Below are positions 47,132 through 57,078 of a stretch of 64,000 nt of DNA, in pieces. Below the pieces are notes generated by a model, which did not search any database, was not told the DNA's origin, and saw nothing but the letters and a program-made list of their open reading frames with translations. Within the stretch, counting starts at the first letter, position 1. Each line of letters starts with the position of its first letter. Both the position numbers and the translations under genes were made by a program. Source of the stretch: a virus; IMG/VR virus record IMGVR_UViG_3300032177_000002, positions 1 to 64,000 of that record. One strand, given 5' to 3'.

Positions 47132-47815
47132 TTATCCAACAGTGAATATGCCCTTACCACTTGATATTATACCAACCCCAGTAACTGTGACCTGTGATAT
47201 AGAATAATACGACTTATTAGTTACTAAAACTGTAGCTTTTTCTATTTTACAGAATCCATTAGTGTCTGGTGATAAATCAGATATCTCAAATAATTGAACT
47301 CCTGCGTCAGAATACCATGTTACAGAAACCGAAACCGGAGTCCTAAGTAAAGTGTTACCGTATTCTATCCATACTAGACCAGTTAATAAGCCATTAAATG
47401 TATCGTAGCTATACGACTGCATAACGGTATATGATCCACTTCCAATCTTGTCTACCCATTGCCCTACTCTAATTTCACCAGCTTGTGGAACATTAGATGC
47501 CCCATTTACGCCATCCTGCAAAACAATTACTTGGTACGCGTCATTACCTTCTGCGTTTACTATAGTAGATGTATCAAAATCTAATCTATACTCGCCCGGA
47601 GAGTACGTCGGGTTCACCTCACCCATCATTTTTAAAAGTGCTCCTACGTTAGCCGGCTCTTTAAATTCCATATCATTCCAGTCAAGGTACTTTCCGTCAG
47701 ATATTCTCCATATTTTAGCCTTTATGTTCGTTCTATACGTCAACGGCTGGCCAAATTGATCCAGCAGCATTGCTACTATCGGCTCTGTGCTTCCTGTTTC
47801 AATACGTTCACTCAT
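47132..47815 (-). CDS. Structural protein, short paralog of 51807-53855
   Basis: Shares the C-terminal ~100 aa ending GKGIFTVG and the EV....PGxY motif. Confidence 0.7.
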   Translation of the reverse strand: MSERIETGSTEPIVAMLLDQFGQPLTYRTNIKAKIWRISDGKYLDWNDMEFKEPANVGALLKMMGEVNPTYSPGEYRLDFDTSTIVNAEGNDAYQVIVLQDGVNGASNVPQAGEIRVGQWVDKIGSGSYTVMQSYSYDTFNGLLTGLVWIEYGNTLLRTPVSVSVTWYSDAGVQLFEISDLSPDTNGFCKIEKATVLVTNKSYYSISQVTVTGVGIISSGKGIFTVG

Positions 47816-47931
47816 TGATACTAATTCACTTTTATCTGAAAAGTAATGGCTGCGTAAGAATTATATATAAATTGCGGTATAGTCACTGTATTCACTAATC
47901 TCCACCTAAAAATCTACTTTTTATAGCCGTA

Positions 47932-48930
47932 TTAAAGATACTCATCGACCCAACTTTTTACTCCATATATAATCCAATTTAGATCTAAGGCACCAGATGA
48001 TCTATACCGTTTTCGCCAAATATTTTTAGTACTCCCTAGAGGCGCGTAAAATATTATAATGCCTTTTGCATTACCAGAATTAACTGCGCCTGATAGATAC
48101 AATCCCTGATAGGTACTTGTACCATTTATGCTCCAAAAAATTTGCCAATAACAATTCTCTTGTTTTAAATCTAAATAACTACTCCATTGCATTGATGACG
48201 CAGTAGCAGGAACATAACTAGTTAAAGAAAGTTCTGTAAGGCTAGCCTCTGGCTCTATATAGCCTGCTCCACCACCATCGTAGACTATTCCCTCAGATAC
48301 GATCACGTAAAAGAACTCATTCCCGCGTTGATGGACTGTCTTTAAATTACTACTGCTATTATTCCTAATAGCACCTATATATTTCCAAAGCGGCCATCCA
48401 GTAGGCCCAGTTGGCGGAGCAGTAACTGAGCAAATAGCACCCAATTCTCCTGCAGCTACAGCAGGGACTAGATAACAATAATACCATTTATCAGAAGCTT
48501 CACTTCCAGTATCTATACCACCTCTGCCACTAACCGCTAAATTTATAGTCAATGGGCTCGTAATAGTATAAATCAATCCACCCTGAAGAATTGCTTTTAG
48601 TGTAGAACTGGCCCCAGGTTTAGATTTCACATTAACTGTACTGGCACTACTATACTCTAAAATGGGTATATTTTCTGTCGCTATAGACACAAGATCACTA
48701 AGCGTATAAGGTCCGCAAGTAGCATCTTGCAATTTAAGATTATCACCATCCCTCCAAACCAATACTGATTCATCGGCCGACCCAGTTGCTGGTTGAAAAT
48801 AAAATCCTCTACCAGATAAAGCATCTTCTGTTTCATTCATGCCTACAGGTTGAATGTCTTCTTCAGTGCCTCCCTTAGCGGAGCTTTCCCATTTAACAGC
48901 TTGTACTCTATCTATATTTGGTGGTGGCAT
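47932..48930 (-). CDS. Fibre/decoration protein
   Basis: GRGGIDTGSEASDKWYY.YL..PTG....YIG.IR, LSLTSYVPATA is a fibre-type domain. Confidence 0.65.
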   Translation of the reverse strand: MPPPNIDRVQAVKWESSAKGGTEEDIQPVGMNETEDALSGRGFYFQPATGSADESVLVWRDGDNLKLQDATCGPYTLSDLVSIATENIPILEYSSASTVNVKSKPGASSTLKAILQGGLIYTITSPLTINLAVSGRGGIDTGSEASDKWYYCYLVPAVAAGELGAICSVTAPPTGPTGWPLWKYIGAIRNNSSSNLKTVHQRGNEFFYVIVSEGIVYDGGGAGYIEPEASLTELSLTSYVPATASSMQWSSYLDLKQENCYWQIFWSINGTSTYQGLYLSGAVNSGNAKGIIIFYAPLGSTKNIWRKRYRSSGALDLNWIIYGVKSWVDEYL

Positions 48931-49005
48931 ACCTTAGCATACCAAATATTAGGGGTAATGAGAAGAAGACGAGCGGGTTACAACTACGCGGATACTTTCG
49001 GGATA

Positions 49006-50673
49006 CTATGCCTTTTGTCCGAAATCATGGATCAAAACAAACAAATCGTTTGTATTCACGGCAAAACCAACCATTACGATTCGCTTCCCACTACCTGGGA
49101 TAGTAGTTGTAAGTCCACCACCATCCTTAAGATAATACTTTGTACCAGCAACCCCAGCAGTAGCCAGTATACCAGCGCACATACCAACCGTAACTACTTC
49201 AGTGTTACCTCCAGGAGTCCCCTGTGCAGTTCTTGCCAAACCAATAACGTAACTTTTAGCTACTGTCCCAGCGTCTGCGAGGTCCGCTTTATTATTAGTA
49301 GAACTCTGGTACAGCGGATCTCCAAGCGCGCACGTAACACCAGACGCAAGTGCCATCGTATTTTCTACTTTAGGAGCCTCAGAAGCAGGAGAAGAAGCAT
49401 GTGTGTGAAGTGCATCTGCATTTGAGCTTGTTCCTGCAGTTAATGTATCAAGATTAGCTGCAGATACGTTACCAGTACCAGCATCGTCGTAGTGAGTCGC
49501 CGTTCCACTAATCGTAAAATCAGCAGGCACACCAAGCGCCGATAAGCCACCAGATGCCAATTGCAACGTAGCGCCATCCAGATCGATCTGCAAACCTGTG
49601 GCAGTTTTCTCGATACCACCAGCACCAGCGCCATTGCTTACGACAGCAACTTCAAGAGTTTTATTAGGCGACGTTCCTACCAACGCTAAGCTGGGATTAG
49701 TAGCGGATAGATCCACATTTGTGTATCCACCAGTGGTGTTAATACCATCACCCTTGTTTAACTGGATATCATTTCCTGATTTTTTTACACCTGTGCTAGC
49801 GGTAATAATCCCAGCAGCAGAGAACTGCACAAACGCCAATGCATTCGTGCCAATTACATCCGTTGGTGAATCCGTAGTGCATACCCACCCTGTATCTTTA
49901 TAAAGAGTACCCTGATCAATAAAGCAAAATGAACCAGTAGCATGCATAGCAGCCGCAAAGTCCGTAGGCCTGGTCCATGCCGTGTCTAAACCACCAGCAA
50001 GACTCGTAGCACCAAATGTATCCGCAGGATTAGTAAGCGCATAAGTTGGCGTAGTACAAATCGTTTTAACACGAATTAGTTTGTTCCCACCAGTCAAAGC
50101 ACCAATCAATGTTTCTACAGCAGAAGCAGTAGTTATTCCATCTTTGTATTTTAAAGTAAAAACGCCCGCTGCCTGGGTTAATTCCGCATCACCTGCCGTG
50201 GTTTCAGTTTGAAATGTGTAAGCATTTCCTGCAACGCCACCAGCAATAGACTCAATAACTGTATTCCAAGTTGCTGCGCCAGGTACAGATAGATCCAAAG
50301 ATGCACGAGCACCTTTAGCTACCCAAATACCATTTTCTATTCCATCAGTCTGCGCAGTAAGTAATACCCTATCCAAATTTGCCAGTTCAACCCCCTCAAT
50401 GTCTGGCAACCCGGCTAGGGTTACATTAGTGGTTATTTTTACTGCCTTACAAACTTCTTTTGGTTTGAGCCCTTGGGCTACGGCATCTACGTAAGCCTGG
50501 TTTACGCCGTCAGTCGTAGCAGTAGGATTTGTTGGAACGTTAGTAATACGGTAAGTCTGCATATTGATTCCGCTAGATCCTACAGTCACTCCAGCGAAAG
50601 TTGCAGTATCCGTGGTGGCCATTTCTTGCGAAAAGCCTGCATCCGACATAAAAAGTGGTTTACGCTCTGCCAT
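49006..50673 (-). CDS. Head/whisker fibre protein
   Basis: ITNV..PT..DGVN.AYVD.VAQGL..K, DRVLL..QT..ENGIWV, G/A/T-rich shaft, DUF2190-like C-terminal domain. Confidence 0.7.
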   Translation of the reverse strand: MAERKPLFMSDAGFSQEMATTDTATFAGVTVGSSGINMQTYRITNVPTNPTATTDGVNQAYVDAVAQGLKPKEVCKAVKITTNVTLAGLPDIEGVELANLDRVLLTAQTDGIENGIWVAKGARASLDLSVPGAATWNTVIESIAGGVAGNAYTFQTETTAGDAELTQAAGVFTLKYKDGITTASAVETLIGALTGGNKLIRVKTICTTPTYALTNPADTFGATSLAGGLDTAWTRPTDFAAAMHATGSFCFIDQGTLYKDTGWVCTTDSPTDVIGTNALAFVQFSAAGIITASTGVKKSGNDIQLNKGDGINTTGGYTNVDLSATNPSLALVGTSPNKTLEVAVVSNGAGAGGIEKTATGLQIDLDGATLQLASGGLSALGVPADFTISGTATHYDDAGTGNVSAANLDTLTAGTSSNADALHTHASSPASEAPKVENTMALASGVTCALGDPLYQSSTNNKADLADAGTVAKSYVIGLARTAQGTPGGNTEVVTVGMCAGILATAGVAGTKYYLKDGGGLTTTIPGSGKRIVMVGFAVNTNDLFVLIHDFGQKA

Positions 50674-50718
50674 GATTTACCCTTATACTTCCTTTAGTTA
50701 CGACACTTTAACCAGTGT

Positions 50719-51198
50719 CTATGCCCTTAAATCCCGAAGCACACCCGTGTCGGGGTCATAAGTAAACTTCCCTATATCTAAATTATATTTGTTTGCGATA
50801 GCGCTAACTTCCGCCTTATACTCTGCATGTTTGTTATTAAATAACGCAATCGTTCCTTTCTTTTCTTCTGCCTTACGATCCTTGAAGTTCTTTAATGTTT
50901 CTTCAAGCCCCCTAATCTGATCCCTTATTTGCATCTCAGATATAGTAACAGATTGATCAATGCCACAAATAATCTGCTGCAATTTTTGAACTTCCGCATC
51001 CAATTTTCCTAATCGCAACGACTCTATGTTTGTCATGCATAATAGTCCGCCTACAGTATTACTAATCGATGTCTGGCTAGGTACGTCTGCTATAGGTACT
51101 ACATTCTTCTTTTTTGTATACGCCCTTTTTGGCTTAGGAACATCGAGTGAAGTATCTATACTTTCATTTCCTGTATTCATTACTTTTTTTCTTGCCAT
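50719..51198 (-). CDS. Coiled-coil hypothetical protein (possible fibre chaperone)
   Basis: Probable start 51198 (MARKK); long coiled coil; ends YDPDTG. Confidence 0.55.
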   Translation of the reverse strand: MARKKVMNTGNESIDTSLDVPKPKRAYTKKKNVVPIADVPSQTSISNTVGGLLCMTNIESLRLGKLDAEVQKLQQIICGIDQSVTISEMQIRDQIRGLEETLKNFKDRKAEEKKGTIALFNNKHAEYKAEVSAIANKYNLDIGKFTYDPDTGVLRDLRA

Positions 51199-51215
51199 TT
51201 TTTCTATTCCTTTTG

Positions 51216-51797
51216 TTACACGGCTATTATTCGTGTAGGCGTACATGATCTTACTAAAATTGTGTCTGATGCCATTGCGCTAGCAATAAATTGTATCATT
51301 TTCGTGCCTGATATAGGTCTGATTGGTGGCACATTATACAAATAACTATCATCTCCTATAAATAATGGTATACCATAATCTAATCCACTGTAAACACCTG
51401 TAAGCAAACCACTAAGTACTACTACGCACGTAGATGCAGATGCCTTCGATGCAATAATACCTACTGCTACTGATTCTGTATGGTTCAAACTTGCTATATT
51501 CACTTTAGTTACTTGAAACAGCCCACCTACTTTATTTCCTAGAATTCTGACAGCATGCCCAGGCAAATCAGAGTTAAAGCAGTAAGCTTTAACTGCACTA
51601 GATCCTTGACCAGGCATCCCTGATCCTACTGGTATCGTTCTCATCCTGGCCTCACTTACTATATTATGCGGTAATTTTACGCCTGGTATATCCCACTCGT
51701 ATGTAGCAAACAAAAACCTAGCAAAAGTTACCAATGCTATTATAGCTACTAGTACCATGCATTTTTTGCTGCCTATGTGTTTTATTACTCCTTGCAC
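51216..51797 (-). CDS. Protein with N-terminal TM and DUF2190/capsid-cement-like domain
   Basis: AVGIIASK..CVVVLSG..G.PLFIG....P; similar to the C-terminus of 49006-50673. Confidence 0.55.
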   Translation of the reverse strand: MQGVIKHIGSKKCMVLVAIIALVTFARFLFATYEWDIPGVKLPHNIVSEARMRTIPVGSGMPGQGSSAVKAYCFNSDLPGHAVRILGNKVGGLFQVTKVNIASLNHTESVAVGIIASKASASTCVVVLSGLLTGVYSGLDYGIPLFIGDDSYLYNVPPIRPISGTKMIQFIASAMASDTILVRSCTPTRIIAV

Positions 51798-51806
51798 AAT
51801 GTTTCC

Positions 51807-53855
51807 TTATCCGACAGTGAATATACCTTTTCCGCCAGATACCACACCTATTCCTGGCAACGTTATAACAGCCACGGCATAATATGAAGTATCCATACTT
51901 AATGTTATATTACCACTCACCTTAAAAAACCCCTGCGCATCTGGTTCAGAGTCAGTCAAAGATAACAATTCTACCCCATCTACAGAATACCATGTCACTG
52001 TAACATGCGTCGGGTTATCAATAATCAACCCGGCATGCTCTACCCATACTAGCCCTTTTAATGCGCTGTCATCGTTTCGGTAACTATAACTTTGCAGCAC
52101 CGTGTAATAATTGCTTATTGTTTCTTCAGCATTTGCTAAACGATTACCTGCACTGCCAACCGGGTAAGAACCTGGCAAATCCTTACCCCATACCGCACTA
52201 GCAACATCAGATGCGCTAGAACCTACCCAACTACCACTTCCATGAGTAGCTGACAACCCTTCATCTATCTTTGTAACCGCACTACCCGCAACAGTTACCG
52301 AGTTAATCGAGTCATCAATTAACCCCATGGCATCCCCCGGAGCCGCCCTAGTTGCTACTTGCGTTCCTGTAGACACATCATAATCTGTGAGACCCGTGCT
52401 AACTTGTACTAAAACCTCTGCCGGCGTCGCATGAGACTGGACTTCCTCCCCGAAGCTTCCTGCGCCTATATGCGTGGTTTTTACCTCGTCCCACACAGCA
52501 GACGCAATAGCAGAAGAACTCAATCCTTCCCAGCTTCCAGCACCGTGAATACCAGACAATCCCGTGTTTATTTCTATAACAGCGTTATCTGCTAACGATG
52601 TTGAATTAACTGCGTCCTCTACCAAATCCATGGCGTCTCCCGGAACAGCTCTAGTCGCCACTTGAGCACTGGTAGATACCCCATACGTTGTCAGCCCTGA
52701 ACTTACCTGCGTTAAAACTTCTGCTGGCGTAGCGTGCCCCTGCACTTCTTCTCCAAAACTACCAGATGCAACATGCGATGTTTTAGTTTCATCCCATACG
52801 GCATCCGCAATAATTTCTGCACTAATACCTTCCCAACTACCACTCCCATGATCTGAAGACAAACTAGCTCCGATCTCATCTACAGCACTAACTGCTAAAG
52901 AACCCGCATTAACAGCATCCGTAACCAAACTCATTGCATCCCCAGGTGCAGCTCGGGTAGCCACCTGGGTACTAGTAGCAGCCCCATACGTCGCTAAGCC
53001 TGATCCCACCTGCGCTAGTACTTCTGACGGTGTGGCGTGAGATTGCACCTCTTCACCGAAACTTCCAGATAATGCATGAGATGCTTTGTCTTCGTTCCAA
53101 ACTGCGTCTGCAGTCGCATCAGAATCAAGCCCAACCCAGCTCCCAACCCCATGCGTAACAGCTAAAGCTGAGTCTATAGCTGCCCTTTCATTTGTAGTCA
53201 GTGCCATAGAGTCTCCTGGGACAGCTCTAGACGCAACAGAAGCATCGATCCTTGCACCCTGGAATGGAGTCGCATCACTAAGGATCTGCGCCTGAGTAGC
53301 TCTGCTACTAACCGTAGCATCCAGGTTGGCTAACAGTGGCGCTTCGCTTGCTCCTATGGATCCTGCTGCTATCTGTGATGCGCCAATCACATCCGTATCC
53401 ATAATCTCAACATGTGCTCGTATTCTTCCAGAATTAAGTGTTGCGGGTAATCTCGACTGAAGATCACTAGTTCCATTGTCTATGCTAGCAATGTCAGCGG
53501 ATATAGATGCACCTACAGGACTACCTATTCTGTTATATGTATCCGCTTCTAAGTTGGCTCTAACTTCCAACAGCCCAAAATAAGGATCACACCAAAATGA
53601 GTTAACCGTGTACTTTATATATCCAAGTGTATCTGTATCTGATGCTGATAGTAATACATCATAAACACCAGGCATCCACACAGCATCTACTTCAAACCAG
53701 TCACTTACGCTTAAAGTTTTAACTACAGAAGTACCAGCTTGCTTTTGAATAGAAACAGTCACATCAGAATTAGAAAGGCCTGTCTTCCCTCTGCCATCCG
53801 CAGAAAAAACAAGTCTTACAGGCGCACGAAACGCCACTGATTGCTTTAATTCCAT
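51807..53855 (-). CDS. Long fibre-like protein with ~101-aa internal repeats
   Basis: 3.5 copies of RAxPGDAM..HGxGSW..AVW.E...H..GSFGEEVQ.HATP. Confidence 0.8.
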   Translation of the reverse strand: MELKQSVAFRAPVRLVFSADGRGKTGLSNSDVTVSIQKQAGTSVVKTLSVSDWFEVDAVWMPGVYDVLLSASDTDTLGYIKYTVNSFWCDPYFGLLEVRANLEADTYNRIGSPVGASISADIASIDNGTSDLQSRLPATLNSGRIRAHVEIMDTDVIGASQIAAGSIGASEAPLLANLDATVSSRATQAQILSDATPFQGARIDASVASRAVPGDSMALTTNERAAIDSALAVTHGVGSWVGLDSDATADAVWNEDKASHALSGSFGEEVQSHATPSEVLAQVGSGLATYGAATSTQVATRAAPGDAMSLVTDAVNAGSLAVSAVDEIGASLSSDHGSGSWEGISAEIIADAVWDETKTSHVASGSFGEEVQGHATPAEVLTQVSSGLTTYGVSTSAQVATRAVPGDAMDLVEDAVNSTSLADNAVIEINTGLSGIHGAGSWEGLSSSAIASAVWDEVKTTHIGAGSFGEEVQSHATPAEVLVQVSTGLTDYDVSTGTQVATRAAPGDAMGLIDDSINSVTVAGSAVTKIDEGLSATHGSGSWVGSSASDVASAVWGKDLPGSYPVGSAGNRLANAEETISNYYTVLQSYSYRNDDSALKGLVWVEHAGLIIDNPTHVTVTWYSVDGVELLSLTDSEPDAQGFFKVSGNITLSMDTSYYAVAVITLPGIGVVSGGKGIFTVG
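52188..53229. repeat. 303-bp coding tandem repeat (~3.5 copies)
   Basis: RAxPG anchors spaced 303 bp apart (~52950, 52647, 52344); the first unit is ~10 aa shorter. Confidence 0.85.
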
Positions 53856-54067
53856 GTTGTATTAAACTTATTACTAGGTCTCCATTCAGAAAATTCTTTC
53901 ACAACTTTAAATCTCATTTGATGCAGTATCTCAATAATGACTAAAAGTTCTAATGTAACAGGTACATGCACGGAACCAACCAACGGAAGCGTTATATCAT
54001 CTACAGATGGAGACCTCAATCTAGGTGAGTCTACTGTTGTCACTTCTAATACAAATAAACTCGGCAT
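53846..54067 (-). CDS. Hypothetical protein
   Basis: 73 aa; GAGG upstream; overlaps the next gene. Confidence 0.5.
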   Translation of the reverse strand: MPSLFVLEVTTVDSPRLRSPSVDDITLPLVGSVHVPVTLELLVIIEILHQMRFKVVKEFSEWRPSNKFNTTWN

Positions 54068-54094
54068 AATTCTGTGCCTCTAACCAAACTACAG

Positions 54095-54250
54095 TTATTC
54101 TGGAACCTCATCAGTACCTGTGTCGTATACATAACCCCTATATATGTCATAACACGTTTGACACAAGTATTCCCCGGATCCGCTAGGGTAATCATAATAC
54201 CCCATTGTTACATCTGGTATATCATTGCCACATACACTACACTTCATCAT
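54095..54250 (-). CDS. Small CxxC...CxxC zinc-finger protein (51 aa, not in the ORF track)
   Basis: MMKCSVCGNDIPDVTMGYYDYPSGSGEYLCQTCYDIYRGYVYDTGTDEVPE*; TAATG coupling to the upstream gene; fills the gap. Confidence 0.7.
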   Translation of the reverse strand: MMKCSVCGNDIPDVTMGYYDYPSGSGEYLCQTCYDIYRGYVYDTGTDEVPE

Positions 54251-55170
54251 TATGTTCTCCGTACCCAGTAAGTAATTATTTTATCTATCCCTTTTGATGA
54301 AGGAGCAATAGTCGAATTAAAATTAGAAGTCTTATCACATAACAGCATCAAATGAGCGGGTGTTAAAGTCGGGTACATACACCTATAATAATAATCAACA
54401 CCACCAATAGTAAGCATACATTCATCATTGCTAACCTCTATACCCTGCTGTCTACTACAAAGCACATAAGGAATACCTAAAGGATCCTCAAACGATCCTA
54501 GTATTGCTGCAGGATTAGTGACATCTGTACCAGTAATACCACCTCTAAAAAAATATAACTTCGACAATCTAGCCTTGCTATCGAATCCCCATACCCCCAA
54601 TCCACCAGACTGCAACCCAATAAAGTATGCCAACGCATCCGTAGCGTAAATAAGCCTTGCATTAACCATACGTACAACACCTGCAGGCATCAGGTCCAAC
54701 CCCACCAACCTATTAACGCCATCACATCCCTTAGTCACACAAAAGAATATCGGGAACGTTGAACATCCAGAAATTGCTGAGTCCGGTTTTACATTTCCAA
54801 AAATACAATGGCTATCAACCCATCCATCAAATGTAAAATCCCTAGCTGTGCAGTCTTCTGATCTGTTATCCCAATAAACTGGATTACCCTGTCCAGTCCA
54901 ACCCAATCCCATACCAGTATGTGTAACAAGATCATAAGATGCCCTAACTGCCGGTTCAATTATAGTATACAAGTACCCTGTAGCACTTATATCACTATAA
55001 ATCCTAATTGCGCCAAGTTGCGCAATTCTGGCCATACATACATTTACAGAGTCTGCAGGCTTAATCCAATTGTATCCAGTTTCGCATCTAGTCCATCCAT
55101 TCGTGATTGCTGTTGACGCTAATGTCGCGCTAAACGCGGATCCAGCACAAGTAAATGTCACGAACGCCAT
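54250..55170 (-). CDS. Hypothetical virion protein
   Basis: 306 aa, RBS AGGAG, beta-rich. Confidence 0.65.
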   Translation of the reverse strand: MAFVTFTCAGSAFSATLASTAITNGWTRCETGYNWIKPADSVNVCMARIAQLGAIRIYSDISATGYLYTIIEPAVRASYDLVTHTGMGLGWTGQGNPVYWDNRSEDCTARDFTFDGWVDSHCIFGNVKPDSAISGCSTFPIFFCVTKGCDGVNRLVGLDLMPAGVVRMVNARLIYATDALAYFIGLQSGGLGVWGFDSKARLSKLYFFRGGITGTDVTNPAAILGSFEDPLGIPYVLCSRQQGIEVSNDECMLTIGGVDYYYRCMYPTLTPAHLMLLCDKTSNFNSTIAPSSKGIDKIITYWVRRT

Positions 55171-55213
55171 TAGTATCTCCTAAATTCTGCTAATCCAGTT
55201 TGAGTATCACTAG

Positions 55214-55567
55214 TCATCTACTATAACCTTCTTTCAGTCTAGGCATGTATCTGCATTCACCTGTTCGTATTAAATCAGATCTAACAACTGATCCAGAAAA
55301 AGTAGACGACACAATAATCCTGGTGTCGTCTACTTGAACAAATATTCGTTCACCTACTGCGCAATTACCATTACTTATTAACTCTGCCCCAAATGAAGAG
55401 TTTCTGAACCCTTTTGGTAACGATAACGAATGCTGAACGCCAGTACGTAGGATCGCCAATGCTGTTACACTCTTAGATACTATCAACTGCTGGAGGGATA
55501 ACGAGTCTGACGGATTTTGCAGATCAAAAGACTTGGTAATTCCGATTTTGGTGTTTGCTACTACCAT
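55214..55567 (-). CDS. Hypothetical protein
   Basis: 117-aa ORF downstream of the capsid gene. Confidence 0.55.
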   Translation of the reverse strand: MVVANTKIGITKSFDLQNPSDSLSLQQLIVSKSVTALAILRTGVQHSLSLPKGFRNSSFGAELISNGNCAVGERIFVQVDDTRIIVSSTFSGSVVRSDLIRTGECRYMPRLKEGYSR

Positions 55568-55576
55568 GGCACATGG

Positions 55577-55801
55577 TTAACTGATTTTTTCCCCCGAATT
55601 CTCCACTTGAACTACTACTTTTTTCTTCTGTTCTACCACATGAACAGAAAACCCAGCAGTAGACTTACATCGGTTAATTAGCCCTGCATCTGTAGAAACT
55701 AAAGTAATCCCTTCTCTAAACTTTACACCAGATAAGGTATACGATTTTCCACCATTATACGTAATTTCCGCCTTTACCATTTTATACTCCTGTTTGTTCA
55801 C
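55577..55801 (-). CDS. Small capsid-associated protein (YqbF-like pattern)
   Basis: ITYNGGKSYTLSGVKFREG...GF; immediately after the MCP. Confidence 0.55.
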   Translation of the reverse strand: MNKQEYKMVKAEITYNGGKSYTLSGVKFREGITLVSTDAGLINRCKSTAGFSVHVVEQKKKVVVQVENSGEKIS

Positions 55802-55826
55802 CTAAATTTGCTTATGCTGCTGAATA

Positions 55827-57032
55827 TTATGACGGAACCGCAATATTCTTTACCAAAACAGTAGCATCCGTTTCTTCAATAGCTGCCCATATTTTAATCG
55901 TAACTGCAAACTCCCACACGCCACGAAAAATATTACGATCTTTCTCAATGCGTATATCCCGCCCGATACAGATAATAAGATTTTGCGGATTCGTTAATAG
56001 AATCTGTCCGCCAGTCTTATAGGTAGCCTTAACAGTTGCTCCTGAACCTATAGCGCCACCACCAAGGCGTATCCATGTTCCTGCGGTAGCATTTACCGAA
56101 TAATCTACGCCAGAAATGTACGCAGCAGTAGGAACCTTGCCCAAAGTTGTTGGCGTAAGTACCAAATCGGTAATAGGACCGAAACTTAAAGCAGTTGCTG
56201 TAGTTCCATCTGTATTAGCCACGGAGTTTTCGCAGTGTTGAGGTGCCGAATCCAAAAGGCTCATCGGCACCAACTCAACACCAAATGCTGGAACATTACC
56301 AACCGAAGCAAGCATGTCATCCCCAGATGCTGTAGCCCGAGTGCTTACCTTTTCCCTATAAACTTGCTCATGATCTGGACTCAAAAAGAACTTCATACTA
56401 GCTTTGTTTTTTCGAAATTTGTTAGGCATCGCGTTAAGAGAACGGCTCAAGAGTGACGGAGCCATAGCCTCACCCGCCGCGTCAACGACATGCCCACTCT
56501 CAGCATTCTTTAGGAACCCATTGAACAACGCCAGCAAGCTGTCCTTAACGTACAAACTACCAGATCCGCCCTCGTACAAATCGCTTTCCAAAGCTGCAGG
56601 ACCCAACGTATTTCCGTTCCAATACATCTCTTCCATATTATTGGCAGCCCGCGTAGCCATCATCTTGATAACATGCTGCTCAATAGAATCCCCTTCGATA
56701 TTCTCTTCTTTAGTTATGTCAGAAATCTCGAAAGGTACCATAATTTCACGGTGCTCTAGTGTAAGCCTGCTGGCAGTAACACCACGCCGAACACCGGGAT
56801 CTACTGCTTCCTCTTTTGGTACAGCAACACGATTAGCTACATTGATTTTATCAATGTACTTCTGCAATGGCTTAAACTTAATAATTCGTGCCATACCCTT
56901 AATACCAGTTTCATCAATCACGTAATCGATAAACTGATCTGCCTGTTCCGCATTAAGCATTCCAGCCGCGGCAAGGGCATCGGTGGTGATCGTTGTTTTT
57001 TCGATCAACTCCTTATTTGTCATGCCTCTCAT
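55827..57032 (-). CDS. Major capsid protein (HK97 fold)
   Basis: GMLNAEQADQFIDYV, EDNIEG-like KEENIEGD, NGFLK, MPNKF, LLTNPQNLI..RDIRIE. Confidence 0.93.
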   Translation of the reverse strand: MRGMTNKELIEKTTITTDALAAAGMLNAEQADQFIDYVIDETGIKGMARIIKFKPLQKYIDKINVANRVAVPKEEAVDPGVRRGVTASRLTLEHREIMVPFEISDITKEENIEGDSIEQHVIKMMATRAANNMEEMYWNGNTLGPAALESDLYEGGSGSLYVKDSLLALFNGFLKNAESGHVVDAAGEAMAPSLLSRSLNAMPNKFRKNKASMKFFLSPDHEQVYREKVSTRATASGDDMLASVGNVPAFGVELVPMSLLDSAPQHCENSVANTDGTTATALSFGPITDLVLTPTTLGKVPTAAYISGVDYSVNATAGTWIRLGGGAIGSGATVKATYKTGGQILLTNPQNLIICIGRDIRIEKDRNIFRGVWEFAVTIKIWAAIEETDATVLVKNIAVPS

Positions 57033-57078
57033 ATCTAATCATCCTTTTCTTTTCGGCGAGGCGGTTGACCGCCCTTAC

